Assembly (NCBI GenBank): GCA_015680685.1
Contig: MNCI01002152.1
Location: forward strand, 497,344-561,343
DNA: 64,000 nt
Reading direction: 5' to 3'
DNA from: Gnetum montanum
Taxonomy: Eukaryota; Plantae; Gnetophyta
The position numbers were made by a program, and so were the translations under genes. Each line of letters opens with the position of its first letter. Within the stretch, counting starts at the first letter, position 1. This document shows, in pieces, positions 1 to 13,091 of the stretch. Under the pieces are notes generated by a model. That model saw only the letters and a program-made list of their open reading frames with translations, ran no database searches and was not told where the DNA came from.

Positions 1-800
1 AGAGGCTGTAAGAGTTTCAACAAGGCACCAAAAGGATAGTAGGATCAAGAGGTTAGACATGAACAACATCAAAAAATTTGAATGGGGATACAACTTTGAT
101 CCTCAAAATCATTTACAAGCATTCCATGATGCATGTTCCTTGAAAAATATAGAAAATGAATGGAAAAAACTAAATTTGTTCCCAAGGACACTAGTGAAAG
201 AAGCTAAAGGCTAGTACTGGTCCTTAGAACTAAAATCCATTCGAAGGTGGAGTACAATGTTAGAACTATTCAATGATAAGTAGCAAATGTACTCCCAAGT
301 GTCTAACCTATGGAAGAAAATCCAAGGATAGAAGCAAGAAAATCATGAACCCTTGGATGCTACCATGGGCCACTATTACGCACGCACTGTTATATCATTG
401 CCCTTGCCATGGTTATTCATAGCGAGATCAACTATGCCATCTCGTGGATGGACTTAGGCATGAAACAAGAAGAACCCTTGGAATGTATTCCCAAGGAAGA
501 TTATCAGAGTTAAGGTCTCATCAAATCCATAGATTGCTAGAGCAAGTAGCCAAAGAGGAAGGTGAGCTATGAAAGAGAGAAAGTGTGAAAGAGTACAACC
601 AAGATCCTTCCCTCCGAAAAAGAGGAGTGAGATTCTGTGAGGAGGAAGAAGAGTCACCACTTGAAGAGATGGTGAATAGAAAAACTTTGTTGCTCCAAAA
701 GTTAACAATAGAAGTATCAACAAAGGTAGACCAAATGTGGGACTCCCTGAATAGTAGGTTCAAAATTGTTCTTAAAATTGTAGAGTCTAGGAAGTGAGGT
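1..800 (+). pseudogene. gag: Decayed retrotransposon gag (capsid region)
   Basis: Translation DPQNHLQAFHDACSLKNIENEWKKLNLFPRTLVKEAKG*YWSLELKSIRRWSTMLELF..KQENHEPLDA matches the Retrotrans_gag pattern; in-frame stops. Confidence 0.7.
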
Positions 801-1689
801 AGTGACCATGACAAAAAGAAAAAGAGAGAAGTGGATAATGCAGGTAACAAGGGTAAGGGAAAATTAGCCATCACAGAAGAGGTTTTGGATTCAGACATGG
901 ACAATGATGATGGATGTGAGATATGCCAATACAACCATCCTAAGGGATGCTGCCCAGTGATCTCACATCTACAAGAGTCTAGGGTGTATGCACTCAACCC
1001 ACGACTTAATAAACGACAAGCACCTTGACAGTTACCTCATCCCCAAGGTAACCCAAGGTAGTTCCACCAACCTTCAACATGTTATCCAAGTGAAATTCCA
1101 CCACAACCTATTGAGCAACATCAACAGTGGTAATATCCATAGTCATGAGGGATGCTACCACCAAGGCAACAATAACCCTACCGGCAACCAGATCCATATG
1201 GCTACTATGTGCAGCATCCAATCTCTCCTCATGACTCTGTTAGTCACGTTACATCACAACATCACTACCAAGCTCAGGAGAATTATAGATTTCCTTCTCC
1301 TAGGGGAGATAACCCACAAACATACCATCCTTCAAATATATCCACAAATCTCACACCAATAGCTCCATTACCACCCGCTCCAGCAATGCAAGGGGAACTC
1401 CCTACTCAACCGCAGCAATGTAATATCACAAGGGTTGTGAATCTTCAACCTATTTATGGTTCTAATAATCATATGAAGAAAAGATCTTTATTTAGAACCA
1501 ACAATCCAACCAAGCCCTCACAACCACAAGTGGTTGAACCTTTGAATGCCTCCTCATCAAATAAGGCTTCAGAGCTCCCTTCAAACCAAACACCCAGCTC
1601 AACATATACAGTTATGTTAACACATGCCATTATTGACTGGATTAAGGTTGACCACATTCCTAGGAAATTCTTTAATCCTATAAGCCCTC

Positions 1690-2040
1690 TAATCTATCTC
1701 CAAATTTCTGAGAATGAGCTATGCAAAACTCTTCTAAACTCAGGTTTCAGAGTCAACCTAATATCACAAGAGATGTACAAAGCTTAGAACTTGCCTCCAT
1801 TAAGGAAGAGCAGTATTTTCCTAGAGCTAGCTAACCAATCCATCATTATTCCCTTATGACTGGTGGAGGACATCGTTACTACTATATGTGGGTGGTCGTA
1901 CCTAGATGATTTCCTAGTGATATAAGTAAACAAGGGTAAAGGAGACTTCCAAATAATAATGGGAAGGACATGGCTAAGTACTGTAGATGCATGCCTGGGA
2001 ATCCATGATCTTTCCCTAGAGATATCTAAGGAGAACACTT
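1690..2040 (+). pseudogene. Decayed retropepsin-type aspartic protease
   Basis: LCKTLLNSGFRVNLIS (catalytic D apparently changed to N) ..LELANQS.. LVEDIV.. DFLVI.. QIIMGRTWLST: typical gypsy protease motifs. Confidence 0.75.
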
Positions 2041-4418
2041 TTGGAAAGATTGAGAAGAAGAAGGTTCCATGCATTACATATAGTAATACCAGGTGCAATT
2101 GTGTGCAGAGATCATGGGTTGGGAAAATTTTAGCATTGCCTACATGAAATCAGTGTGCATAAGACCTTAACCTACAAAAGTGCCTGTATGTAGTAGCCAC
2201 ATGACAAAGAGACACCGAGTGGCTGATAGCTAATCAAGAGAGCAACTCACTAATGTGCATGGAACTCACTAAGGGAATAACTTACACTCACATCAAAAGC
2301 ATATATGCACTAGAGTAAGCTCTTCGCCAACTTCCAAACTTTAACTTGGAAAACATCAATTGGAGGAAGTTGGAAATTTCTAAAAAATTCAGATAAAAAC
2401 CCTGACAAGAGATTGTTAGTCAATGTGCAACAGATCAAACCTTTCCATGAATTTAGAATGGGCAGTGCACATAATACCTTTGAGAAGGGATGACCCTGCT
2501 CACTATTTCGAATCTCCCCCTTCCAACTCAGTCATGGGGGAGATGGCCACCTCTACTAACCATTTGAGGCCCTCAGTTCCTTTTTAAGTTTTTTTTTAAA
2601 CATTTTTTTTACAAATTTCTTTAACTTTTCTTACTTTTGTTTTGCAACGTCATATATACGTTTTTATTTCTTTGTGTGGTTGTTTGTTTTATTAGGTTCA
2701 TCACCTAATAAGTGCTCTTGATGGTCATATGAATTGTATTCTATTGATTGCTAATGTTTGGTTTTTATCTTTGAGTTATAATGTTGATACTAAGGTATGG
2801 TTCTTTTGATATAATAGGAAATGAGTCCACGTCATCCATGCATCCATGAATTTCTATGGTCTCTCTTGGCTTGGAACTGTATAGTCCCTTAAAAATAAAA
2901 CTATTAATGAATTGGTGACTAGGCATTTCTCAAACTGAGGAAGGACTCAAGGACTGAAAAGGGTGTGACTTCAAGGGGATTTGGTGCATTTGTGCTAGCC
3001 ATTCTCTTGGGTGCTTGGATGTTTTCTTCTTGAGTTTTCCTTACCATTCTGACATTGCTCCATTATTGGGAAGCTAAGCTAACAAAAATAAGTCTTTACA
3101 TGGTGTGGTTCTCATGCAAAAATAAAAAATAAAAAAACACACATAGTGAGAATTCAAAGCACACCCCTTAGAAAAAATAATCATCTGGCCTACAAGCACT
3201 GGTTATGGAACTAAACAAACATGTTCCCTCTAACTAAGGTCCTTTCTCACTTTTTACTTTTCCCTTGTCTCCTTAGAATGGTGGTGACTCTTTGGTGGAA
3301 GCATTCATGTTACTTTAAGTAGATGGATTGGCCAAGTGTATTAATGCAAAGTCACTGGATGTGGATTGTTTGAGGCTAGATTTGGAATGAGATCTACTAA
3401 GTCACATTAACCATAAATACACAAGGGGATGTACACCACCTTATTCTTGGGACTCCATTCCATTCTCTTCTTTCCATCATTCTTTCCCCATTTTCCACCT
3501 CATTGTCGGTTGTATCAATAGCCTATATTTTGGTTGATGCATTGTTTTCTTTTTGGTAAATTCTTCTGGTTAAGACTTTAACTCTTGCTTCCAAATGACA
3601 TTTCCAGAGCCTACAGACTCTTTGAATGTGGGTTTGTCAGGGCATAAAGGGCATGAGCCTGCTTTGGGAAGGACCCATTGGCATTCCTATTTGGTACCTT
3701 AATCAACTTCTTTTCCTTAAACATTTCCACAATCAACATTTGTTTTGTTCATTCCCACTTCTGACATCCATTTTATCATCGTTGCCATTGTTTCTTTTTC
3801 TTCATATTTCTTATTCCTTATCTTTTTCCATTCTATCGCTACCAAAGGATCGCTCTTAGTCATGGGAGTCCTAGTCTAATTTTTTCAATTTTCTCCTAAA
3901 CCCTACACCTTGGGTAGTCACTAGTGTTATATCTCTAGAATCTATATTAGCCATATCACAACTCAGGCAATGGACCTTACACCGAGGCAAGGTATCAACT
4001 GTATTGTGATTTACTTATCCTTGCTCATATGTGACTATGTTGTGTGTGCAGATGGTAATCATACAACAATGGACTAGACCTGGAGGAAACACTCAGGATG
4101 GACTAGTGCTGGAATAGTCATGCAAGGAATAAGATTGATGGCATGCTTATGGATAGACAATGGAAGGCATAATCTTAGCATCGTCAGCAACACATCTTCT
4201 CCTTTTCTCTCTCTCTCTTTCTTCTCTCTCAACTGCCAAATAAGGTTGGATGTCAAATGTGTATAGTGTTCACTCTTGTGGTCATGAACACTAATGTTGT
4301 CATGTATTGTGATGTTGATCCATTCACATGTCATCCCATTCATCATTAGTTGTCATTCAAGTCAATAATCCCATACTGTCCCAATATTTTGTAAGAAACT
4401 TGAGGATGAATTTTCATT

Positions 4419-4432
4419 CAGTCATGGGGGTA
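4419..4432 (+). other. Polypurine tract of the Athila-like element
   Basis: CAGTCATGGGGGTA directly abuts the TG of the LTR. Related copies lie at ~2529 and ~3857. Confidence 0.65.
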
Positions 4433-5234
4433 TGATGAGCTGCGATATCGCATACGCGATATCACATCTGCCACGCGATATCATGTCCTACCTCATCTTC
4501 TATAAATAAGAGGTGGCACCCTTTGTTCAAAGTAGTTAAACTTAGACCCTTAGCCAAAATCTTGTAGTTTTACCATTCCAGAGTTAGAATAATTTCTGTG
4601 TGCCTGTAGTAGGAGTCATAGAGTGAATAGATCTTTATTCGAGCAATTTGTACCTGAGCACACATTTGTGTATGGCAATAAAGATGAAATTTATGATAAA
4701 CCTTGCAGCATCCAGACTAAGCTAATTAGTAATTAATTATTTTTGAATGTTTAATGCTTTCCTAGTTAATTAATCTCTCTCTCAACCTTTGATCCTCTTA
4801 GTTAAGTACACTCAGTACAACCAGTTCGAGCATGCGTGTAGCACTTGGTAACCTAGTAATAATTAGCGTTTGGTAATCCCAGTAGTGTTGCACTGGTTTA
4901 GGATGTGTACAACAAGTGGGAATAGATACTGGTGTTAGGAACAATTAGAACTTAGTTAATGAATAGTTAATGTAAGCTAGTTACTTAGTCCTCTTTCCAT
5001 TTCCTTTATTAGCATAAGATATAAAAAAATATAAAAGTTATAAAAAATCATATACCTCAAGCTTACATAACCATACAACCATGACAATACAAGTAAGTTT
5101 GGGAAGACAACGATTGATTAACCTTGAGTGTTCCATTAAGGCATGTAAGCACTTAGTCCTTGGAGTTCGACTAGATCATGCATGAAATGCTTGTATTTGT
5201 ATGGTTGAGTGTAGGGGTACCTCGCCACTCATCA
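4433..5234 (+). repeat. 3' LTR (~800 bp) of the Athila-like element
   Basis: 7-bp terminal inverted repeat TGATGAG...CTCATCA, TATA box CTATAAATA at ~4500, PPT upstream and no PBS downstream. Confidence 0.75.
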
Positions 5235-6076
5235 CATTACTTCAAACTTAGGCACGATACATGGATAAGACAAGTGTCCATACAACTAGGTGCCAAGATC
5301 CTTTATTATAATCCAAATCATGTATCCTAAAAAGCCAAATTTTAGATACTTTGGGAGGGATTGTATATTATTCAAGCAACTTATTCATCAGGTGCCTTAT
5401 ACATATATCACCCATCCCATCCACAAAAGCTCATTCTTGTTAACATCCAATAAGTCAAAGTCTACCATGATTATCCCAAGGAATTTACCCAATCTATCAT
5501 AAAGACTTCTACTTATTCTCTCTCTTTTTTTATTGATCCTAATAATAGTTGTGGGGATGTCCATCTAGACACATAGGTGCTTTACTAAAATTTTTACTTT
5601 CTTTTTACTTTTTCACATTTCTTGATACAATTTTCCATTCTTTTATACTTTTCAATTTCTTAATAATTTCTTAGTTCTTTAACATTTTTCCAATTCTTTG
5701 ATGATTTTTCATTCTTTTAACATTTTTCATTCTTTTCATCTTTTCATTCTTACTATTTTTTACAATTTTTCATACCTTGTTTCCATTTTACCTGTACATA
5801 GTTTTGTTTAATCATTAATAAAATACCATGAATAAGGAAATATGTAGCCTCAAATAAGGTGAAGATTTCTATATGTTATTGAGTCATAAGGAACTAATTG
5901 TTTATACAGTGAGAACACAACATCCACCAATCCATTTTAATAATAAGAGGTTCTTACCATGGCTATAATGATATTCTTTCTCATCATAAAACTAAGAATA
6001 AACTTTTGATCATTATGCCTAGATAGAAAAGTAAATAACCAAGTGGGAATGTGAATGGTGTGATATTAAGGGGATT

Positions 6077-9000
6077 TGTGGTATCCCTTAGAATACTAGT
6101 GTAAAAATAGCATTAATTATCTATGAAATATCCTATAAAATAACCCTAAGGATCTAGAGTTAACCTTGATTTACTAATTTAAAGGTAACACTAAAATATA
6201 TAAAATTTATTAACTAGAAGCATAAAGGTAGTAAAGCATTATAGCACAAAAAAATTTTGTGAACCTTGCATATAAAATTAAATAGTATTTATTTAATGGA
6301 AATTGGGATTTTGCGTAGCCACAAAAGATAAATGTTGAAAAATTTCACTAGGTGCATCATAAAATGCTATGTAAAATAATGATTCAAATGACACTTGTTT
6401 CATCTCAAAAATATTAAATTTTCCTAAACATATTGCACATCTCAAAATGAAAAATGTTCCTAGAAATCTTATGATTCAAATGGCATAGACAAAGAATTCA
6501 TATCCATGATATTTTATTATTTATTCATGAAAATAGATACATGGCTCAAGTAGCCCAAAAGTGTACATGATTTCTATTTTACAAAATACAAAATATACAA
6601 AAATCATTTTTTGAGTTGAAAGGGTCCATCCTCTATAGAATTGGTCCATCTTTTGTCCTACGTTCCACTTTTTGAAACTTCCTTATTTATTTCGAGCTCT
6701 TTGCATCAAAATGCAGAAGGAGTCAGAACCCCTCAAATAAGAAAGGTTATTTTATTTCCCTCTTCAAGGAGCATAAAGGTTCAAGGCCCAAAGTCTCAGG
6801 TTCAAGGCTAAACAAAGTTTCCAATAAATTATTCAAAAATATTTTCAAGTATAGAAATGTTAAAATTTTTTCAAAACTTATTTTAATGTTCAAGGGCCAC
6901 AAAATACATCTAAAATATAAAAGACATCCAAAAATAATTCCAAAAGAATGCATATTTTATCCAAGCATCTCTTAGGGCTAGGTCTTGGTCATCCTTACTA
7001 CCAACAAGAACCATCAAGTCTTGGAATAACCTCACTATAATCATTGGATTATCCTTTAAACTATTTAAATGTCCAAAGATAAGAAAATCCAAGGAATGTA
7101 TATTCTAACTAAGCATCTTCGAAGGCTAGGCCTTGGTCATCCTCACTGGCAAGGGTACTCATCAACAACTCTTGGAATAACCTCACTACTATCATTGGAT
7201 TAGCCTCATGATCTCCAACAAGTCACTCATGGCCAGGTCTTAGCAATAGCCTCACTACTAACATCCTCAACAACTGAGAAATATGTATCATTGGAAGGAT
7301 AGGTCTTGACTATGCCTCATCGCAACTCCACTAGACTCAACTACTCAATTCCATGGTCTTGACTAAATCCATAACCTCACATGATCTTATGAATAAAAGT
7401 CCAAGGAAGGAAATCCATCCAACAACCCCTATTCCTATGGGATGGGTTCCACTAAAGAACACACCACTATTGTATGCAAATGGGGGCATCTAAAAAAATT
7501 GTGGCTCCCACCACCAACTAGAAAAATTGATCATATAAATATTATTATTTTATTCCAAATTTCCAAAAGGTGCCCAAAATGGCCAAAATTCATAAAGGCT
7601 CAAATTCCTCAAAATTTTTGCAAAATCATGTTTATGTTATAAGTAGATCCCAACTATTCAAAAATATCCAAGGACAAGTTGGGGCTTAATTTTTGCAATT
7701 TCCAAAACTCATAAAAAGATCCAAAAGTACAAATAGGATTAAAATATTGTTTTTCAAAATAGGTCCAAAAATTATAAAAATCTAGTAGCATCTCAGCATA
7801 ATAATTAAAATTGTAGAAAAATAGTAGAGAAGAATGGAGTAAAAAGAAGAGATAGAAAATTCATAGCAATATGGGGTAGCCATGTGAAAGGAAAACAAAA
7901 TAATCTTCCTTACTTGTGCTAGTAAAGCTCCTAGAATTTTTCTAGCATCCTTTTTTTTTCTAACATTCTCAAATTATCTTTGCTATGCTTGACATGTCAT
8001 ACCCTAAACCCTTCTACAAATCACAATAAGATGTATCTAGGACCATTGCCTATTTATAGGGAGAAAAATGAAATAAACAAAGCTCAAATCAAGTTCAAAA
8101 TGAAGAAGAAAGGCAAAAAAAGAAAAGAAAAGAAAAAAAATAGCTTTATAGGAATATGTGGTAGTACATTGGTTTTCAAAATAGAAGTTGCAAAACAAAG
8201 AATGAGAAAATAATGGTGAAAACCAATGGAGGGTGAGGCAGTGCATCCAAATGCAAGGCAATGATGGAAGAGGAGAAAGGTGTTATGCTTCTTACATTTT
8301 TGAAAAGGTGTTATGCACATGAATGTGCTTTTTGTGGTGGCATTGACTTATCAATTTTGATTTTTAACTTGGATTGAATTTGAATTTTTAAACTTTTCTA
8401 AAATTTATTTTTCATAACCTTTTTTCTCTAATTTCTCTTTCCTCATATTTAAACACTCATATCATGCATACAGGGACTCCAAATTAAATTTTGTTTGAAC
8501 CTATGTGATCCTCATGAAGTGCTCTACTAAATTGTATACTAAAATTTCATCTAAGTTTCAATGCTAAAACTTTTATGGTATGTTTACAAACTAGAAAATG
8601 TGATACCTTGAGAACCATAACTCCAATTCTAGTGAACTAAGTGTCAAAATCTACATTTTTGAATATTTTGGACACATTAGTAAGGTTAGATTTTGGGTTG
8701 GACATCATTCTAAGGTATTTTCTTAACAAATCTATTTTATGCAGTATTTAATTATAGTTAAAAATGAACTCTAAATCCTAGTTTAATGACAAAAGTAATA
8801 AGGGATATATTTTGGATAGGGCTCAGGTTTGAAATTTCTCCATGAATAGAGTATTATATAATCACATGTGCATCATAAAATATGAAAATTTATAATTGAA
8901 TGTGCATAATAAGGATTAAAGATAAATAACTGAATGTGCATAAAGAATAAAATATGCATAATCAAGTACTTGCAAAGGTATAATAATTGACATAAAGAAA

Positions 9001-9265
9001 AACTTCCTGGGGTAATTGGATTTCAACATTTAATCATAAAATATCTAGAAGATCTATGACTTGGCTCCAATAAACAAGGAATACATAACTATGACAAATT
9101 ACCCTAGCAATAAAATTATATTCATTTATGTAGGAAACCAACAACAACAGTAATAATAGTAATCATAATAAGTTAATCTATTCAAATGCATTTGACAACA
9201 TTAAATAATTAATTATATGCATTAAATTAAATAGTTAAATTTTTTCAAATTTCTAGGTTGTAACA
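6077..9265 (-). mobile_element. Possible old LTR-like remnant
   Basis: TGT..ACA-like ends (TGTGGTATCCC at 6077, AGGTTGTAACA ending 9265) and a minus-strand TATA (CCTATTTATAGG, ~8049). No matching TSD, so the boundaries are uncertain. Confidence 0.25.
6946..7206. repeat. Degenerate direct repeat, two units, ~148 bp period
   Basis: GAATG..AAGCATC..GGCTAGG.CTTGGTCATCCT.ACT...CTTGGAATAACCTCACTA..ATCATTGGATTA starts at ~6946 and again at ~7094. Confidence 0.7.
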
Positions 9266-10575
9266 AATACTATATGTTCTATCATGTTACCAAGGTTGTA
9301 CTTATATCCATGTAGTTTTAAAGAAAAACGGGAGTAAAAGTACAATAAGTGCTTTCTTACCATGTCATTGGAAAGACATGTTACCCATGCATGAAGGTAG
9401 TCCTCTAGTAAGGATGACACAAATAAAAATAAAACTCATGCATAGAATATATTTCTAGGGGTTCCACTAGAAAGATAGGTTACCATGCTTGAAGGTAGGT
9501 GACTTCTTAGGAATTTTGAGGGAAAAATAATATAAAGTGCACTAAATAAACTTCTCCTTTGGACAAAATTCCAAGTGATGATACTCCTTGCAACTATGGT
9601 AGTCTTATGATTATGAATCTAAGACATGAAGTCATCTGGTGTCACTAGAGAGTGGTTTGAACTTGTTTTGGAGCTTGGATAGAAAGGCTAATGATTACTT
9701 TGACCACCAATAACATAGAAAAATTCATTCTGCCTATGGTAAGATACCTCACATCTTAATTTCAGAGATCCTTTCTATAATCCATTTCACCTTACTTTAC
9801 AATTAATCATAAATTATGGTTATGTATAATATAACATAATTTTCCCAACCTAATACTACTGACATGTGTGTTTTACTAGATAGTTATTCATTACATTCAA
9901 CTCCTTAGGTGCCTATAGACACTTTGAGGCATGGTTATGCAAGGGCACTAAGGGCTAGAGCTTGCTCTGGGGAGGACCCACTTGTATAACTTTCATATTT
10001 CATACTTTGCAGGCACTAACACATCATTATGAGCCTTCCAAGAATAATAAATATCAATTAATAATTCCCTTAATAACCAAGAACTCTATTTATATGCCAA
10101 AAATTCATTCTCTTTTCAGCCATCTTACACAAACTTAATAAAATTTCATAGCTTGAGAATCCTTTATCATAGATTTTCAATCCTTATTTTTCACAATTGA
10201 AATAGCATATCCATTCGTAAACCCTTTAGACATGCTTCTTACCTTCCAGACATTTTATTTGACTTAATTTTTTCCAAAAATTCCAGGAAAAATTTGAATA
10301 TTTCAATGGTAATATCGTAGCTACAATGTCAAATGGCCTATGATATTGTAGGTATGATATATGATCTACGATATTACACATATAAATTAGTATATATAGT
10401 GTAGGGGAGTTAGAAAAAATTTTCATTTCTCAATTTCCATAAGAAGAGAGTTTCTACCATTTTTCCTTTCCAACAAATAGCTAAGAACTTGATCTAACTA
10501 AGAGTACGAGTAGGAAAAGGAGTTATTAAGAATTGATGTAAACATTTTAATAATTTCCAACCTTGTTGATTATAG

Positions 10576-13010
10576 ATGGTCCTAAAGAGAGGAGTAGAAG
10601 GAGGACCCTTGCAATAGGAAATCAAAAGACCAAGAGGCTAAGGAAGAGGCCACATAGGGTAAAAAACCACACAAAAATATGCTACAGTGAAGATCAAGGT
10701 AGTCTTAGTGTCTTATTAAGTTAAGGTAATTACTGAAGTAGTTAATGTGCCCAATGAAGAAAAAAAAGGTGGCATAGGTCTCCACTATATCTGACACAAA
10801 TGAAAGGAATTTTTGGTTGTAGTAGGTGTACAACAAAGAGGATAAAAATTATAGTGAGCTAATTGTAGAAGAGAAAATTTATTTTAAAACTGGCACTTAT
10901 CATCTATTTTCCACAAAGAGATTGAACCAAATGGCAACTTATGTGGCTAGAGGAAGTGCTGTTTTGATGGATAAATTCAAAGTAAACATCATCTATTTTT
11001 ATTTCCTTAACATCCAATGATAATTTGAGGAGAAAAAGGAAGGGAAGTTGACACTTCCATTTCCTTGCCTTATTAGAAAGCTATGCAAATGAGCTGGCAT
11101 TCAAGGGTACATCAATGATGTCCTTAGGAAGGTATAGAATGCTTCTAATGTTGAAATGCTCAAGCTAGTGCCTCGAAAGAAGGATCAACTAGAGAAACAA
11201 ATAGGCACTAAGGAAATCACTTAAACTACTAAGCAACAATAGTAAGTAGGACATAGTGGCCAGTAGAAAGAACCACAACAATAGAGTAACAATAGTAGTA
11301 AGTTCCACCGCCATCACTGTAAGATTATAGGTCTTTGATGAGTCATCTATAGCAAATTGTAGAAACTATCAATTGGAAAACATGTGATTGATGATGTAGT
11401 TAGGCTCACCATCTCAATAGATCTTGCCAGCAGCCAAATTTCATTATTTTTAGGAAGAGGAAGAGAATGGTCACAATAGATTTTTGAGAATGCTACATTA
11501 TTCCAAGTGGTGCTCCAAATTGGAGAAGGATCTAAATTTGTGATTATGTAGCACTAGGATGCAGCAGGAGTTACAAAAGTGATCATTGATCACATAAAAG
11601 AATCTTTCAATATTCCTATTATGCCACCAATAGATCTTTCTAGAGCCAATGATGCTCGAATGTTGGCTGGTAGCTCGATGACTCCTACAGATCATGAGGA
11701 TGTGCTTGACAGACTACTATAGACAAGATGTCTCAATTAAATTCTTTTTGACATCCCAAGTTATGTCACTGTAGTATAGTTAGAATTAATAGTCACCTAA
11801 GGAAGGCTAGTTATGAAAGAAACCAAGGCAAACATGTAGAAAACAACATTCATAGATTATAAGAAGAGCTCATGACCTTAAAGGAAGAAAGTAGATATCC
11901 CACTCAATATATTGCATCTAATCATCTAGACCAATTCAAAATTAAACACATTAGTTACCCCATTGACCACAATAAGTAGATGGAATGTAAGAGGGAGAAG
12001 GAAGTGTGGGATGTCTCAGTGGACAAAGCACAAATATATGCACATGGCAAGGCACTAACTACCCTACAAGAATAGAATAGACAATTAGTTGTAGATAATA
12101 CTCAATTGACCAATGTGAAGACATAGAAACATGTTATTCGAGAAAGCATCCATCAGTTATGAGAATAAGTAGTGACGATCAACCAAGATATGAGCCTCCT
12201 AGCATAACAGAATAGAATCCTCTTGATGAAGGAGATATGCACAATAAGACAAATGTCTACAATTAAAATAAGAACGTGGTAGAACAAAGAAAAAAGACAT
12301 GAAAGACTCAAGGAAAACTTCTGTAATCATGTGGACATGTACAAGTAGATTGATGAGAAAAAATATTGATAGCTAAGGCCCAAATCAATTCAATATCAAC
12401 ACAAAATCTAGATTGGCAACCTATCTTGGATGGCTTCTCTCATGTCCACTAAGAGGAGATCAAGAACTAAGACCTGTAGATCAAGGACTTAATGGAATAC
12501 ATAGGGTTAGCAAACCTATAGTATGCTAACTTAGCCATGTTAATAGTAGGTAGACCTAGAAACAAGCTAGAGTAACAAGCAATGGTCATCTATAATCTAT
12601 ATGAGAAAGATTTTGTTGATTAGAAAGATGATTTTCATATATTGCATGTGGAAAATTTAGAACTAGAAGTAGTAAAGGCTAGCTACTAGGGTCAAAAGGA
12701 TGTTACAGCCAACCTAGCTAAAAGATGTCAGATTATTAGGAGTTTTGTAAAATGGCCAAAGCATTTGAAGAAAAAAATATGGTAGTTTACAACATGATAT
12801 GTTATGGCTAATTATATTTTCTCACAACTACCATGTCCATGGGATGTACTAGCTCCATCACAAATCATCCAATCAGCATGGATAATACATGACCCTAGAA
12901 TAGAGGAAGAGAAACTTCAAGCACTGCTCAATAGATACAATGTTTAGAAGCCTGATGACAAGGGAAAGTGATCGATGAAGGAGCCATCATCACTAGGAAC
13001 TACTTAGGAT
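10576..13010 (+). pseudogene. Decayed retrotransposon extra ORF (env-like/Transposase_32-like with coiled-coil tail)
   Basis: AG|ATG start encoding MVLKRG; motif TLPFPCLIRKLCK*AGI at ~11051 resembles the LPFPxLIxxLCxxAG motif of plant gypsy extra ORFs; E/K/Q-rich tail with KGK near the end; many stops. Confidence 0.5.
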
Positions 13011-13091
13011 ACATTGAGCTTTTCTAGTTTTGTCATGTTTTGTTATTTTATCATATAATTGTATCTAAATTTTATAAAACACCACTATGGC

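Larger units (their letters stand above)
1..5234 (+). mobile_element. Athila-like Ty3/gypsy LTR retrotransposon, 3' portion, apparently non-autonomous (gag+PR only)
   Basis: Decayed gag and aspartic protease, then ~2 kb non-coding DNA, an Athila-style end (TTGAGGA...AGTCATGGGGG-TA) and an LTR with TGATGAG/CTCATCA termini. No RT, RH or IN motifs seen. The 5' end lies outside the window. Confidence 0.75.

Noticed and set aside
355-460. CpG-retaining segment interrupting the Athila-like gag
   Set aside because: No termini or source could be identified; too short to call.
5235-10500. Short ORFs and possible host gene fragments in the AT-rich region
   Set aside because: Low-complexity translations with no motifs and no consistent exon structure.
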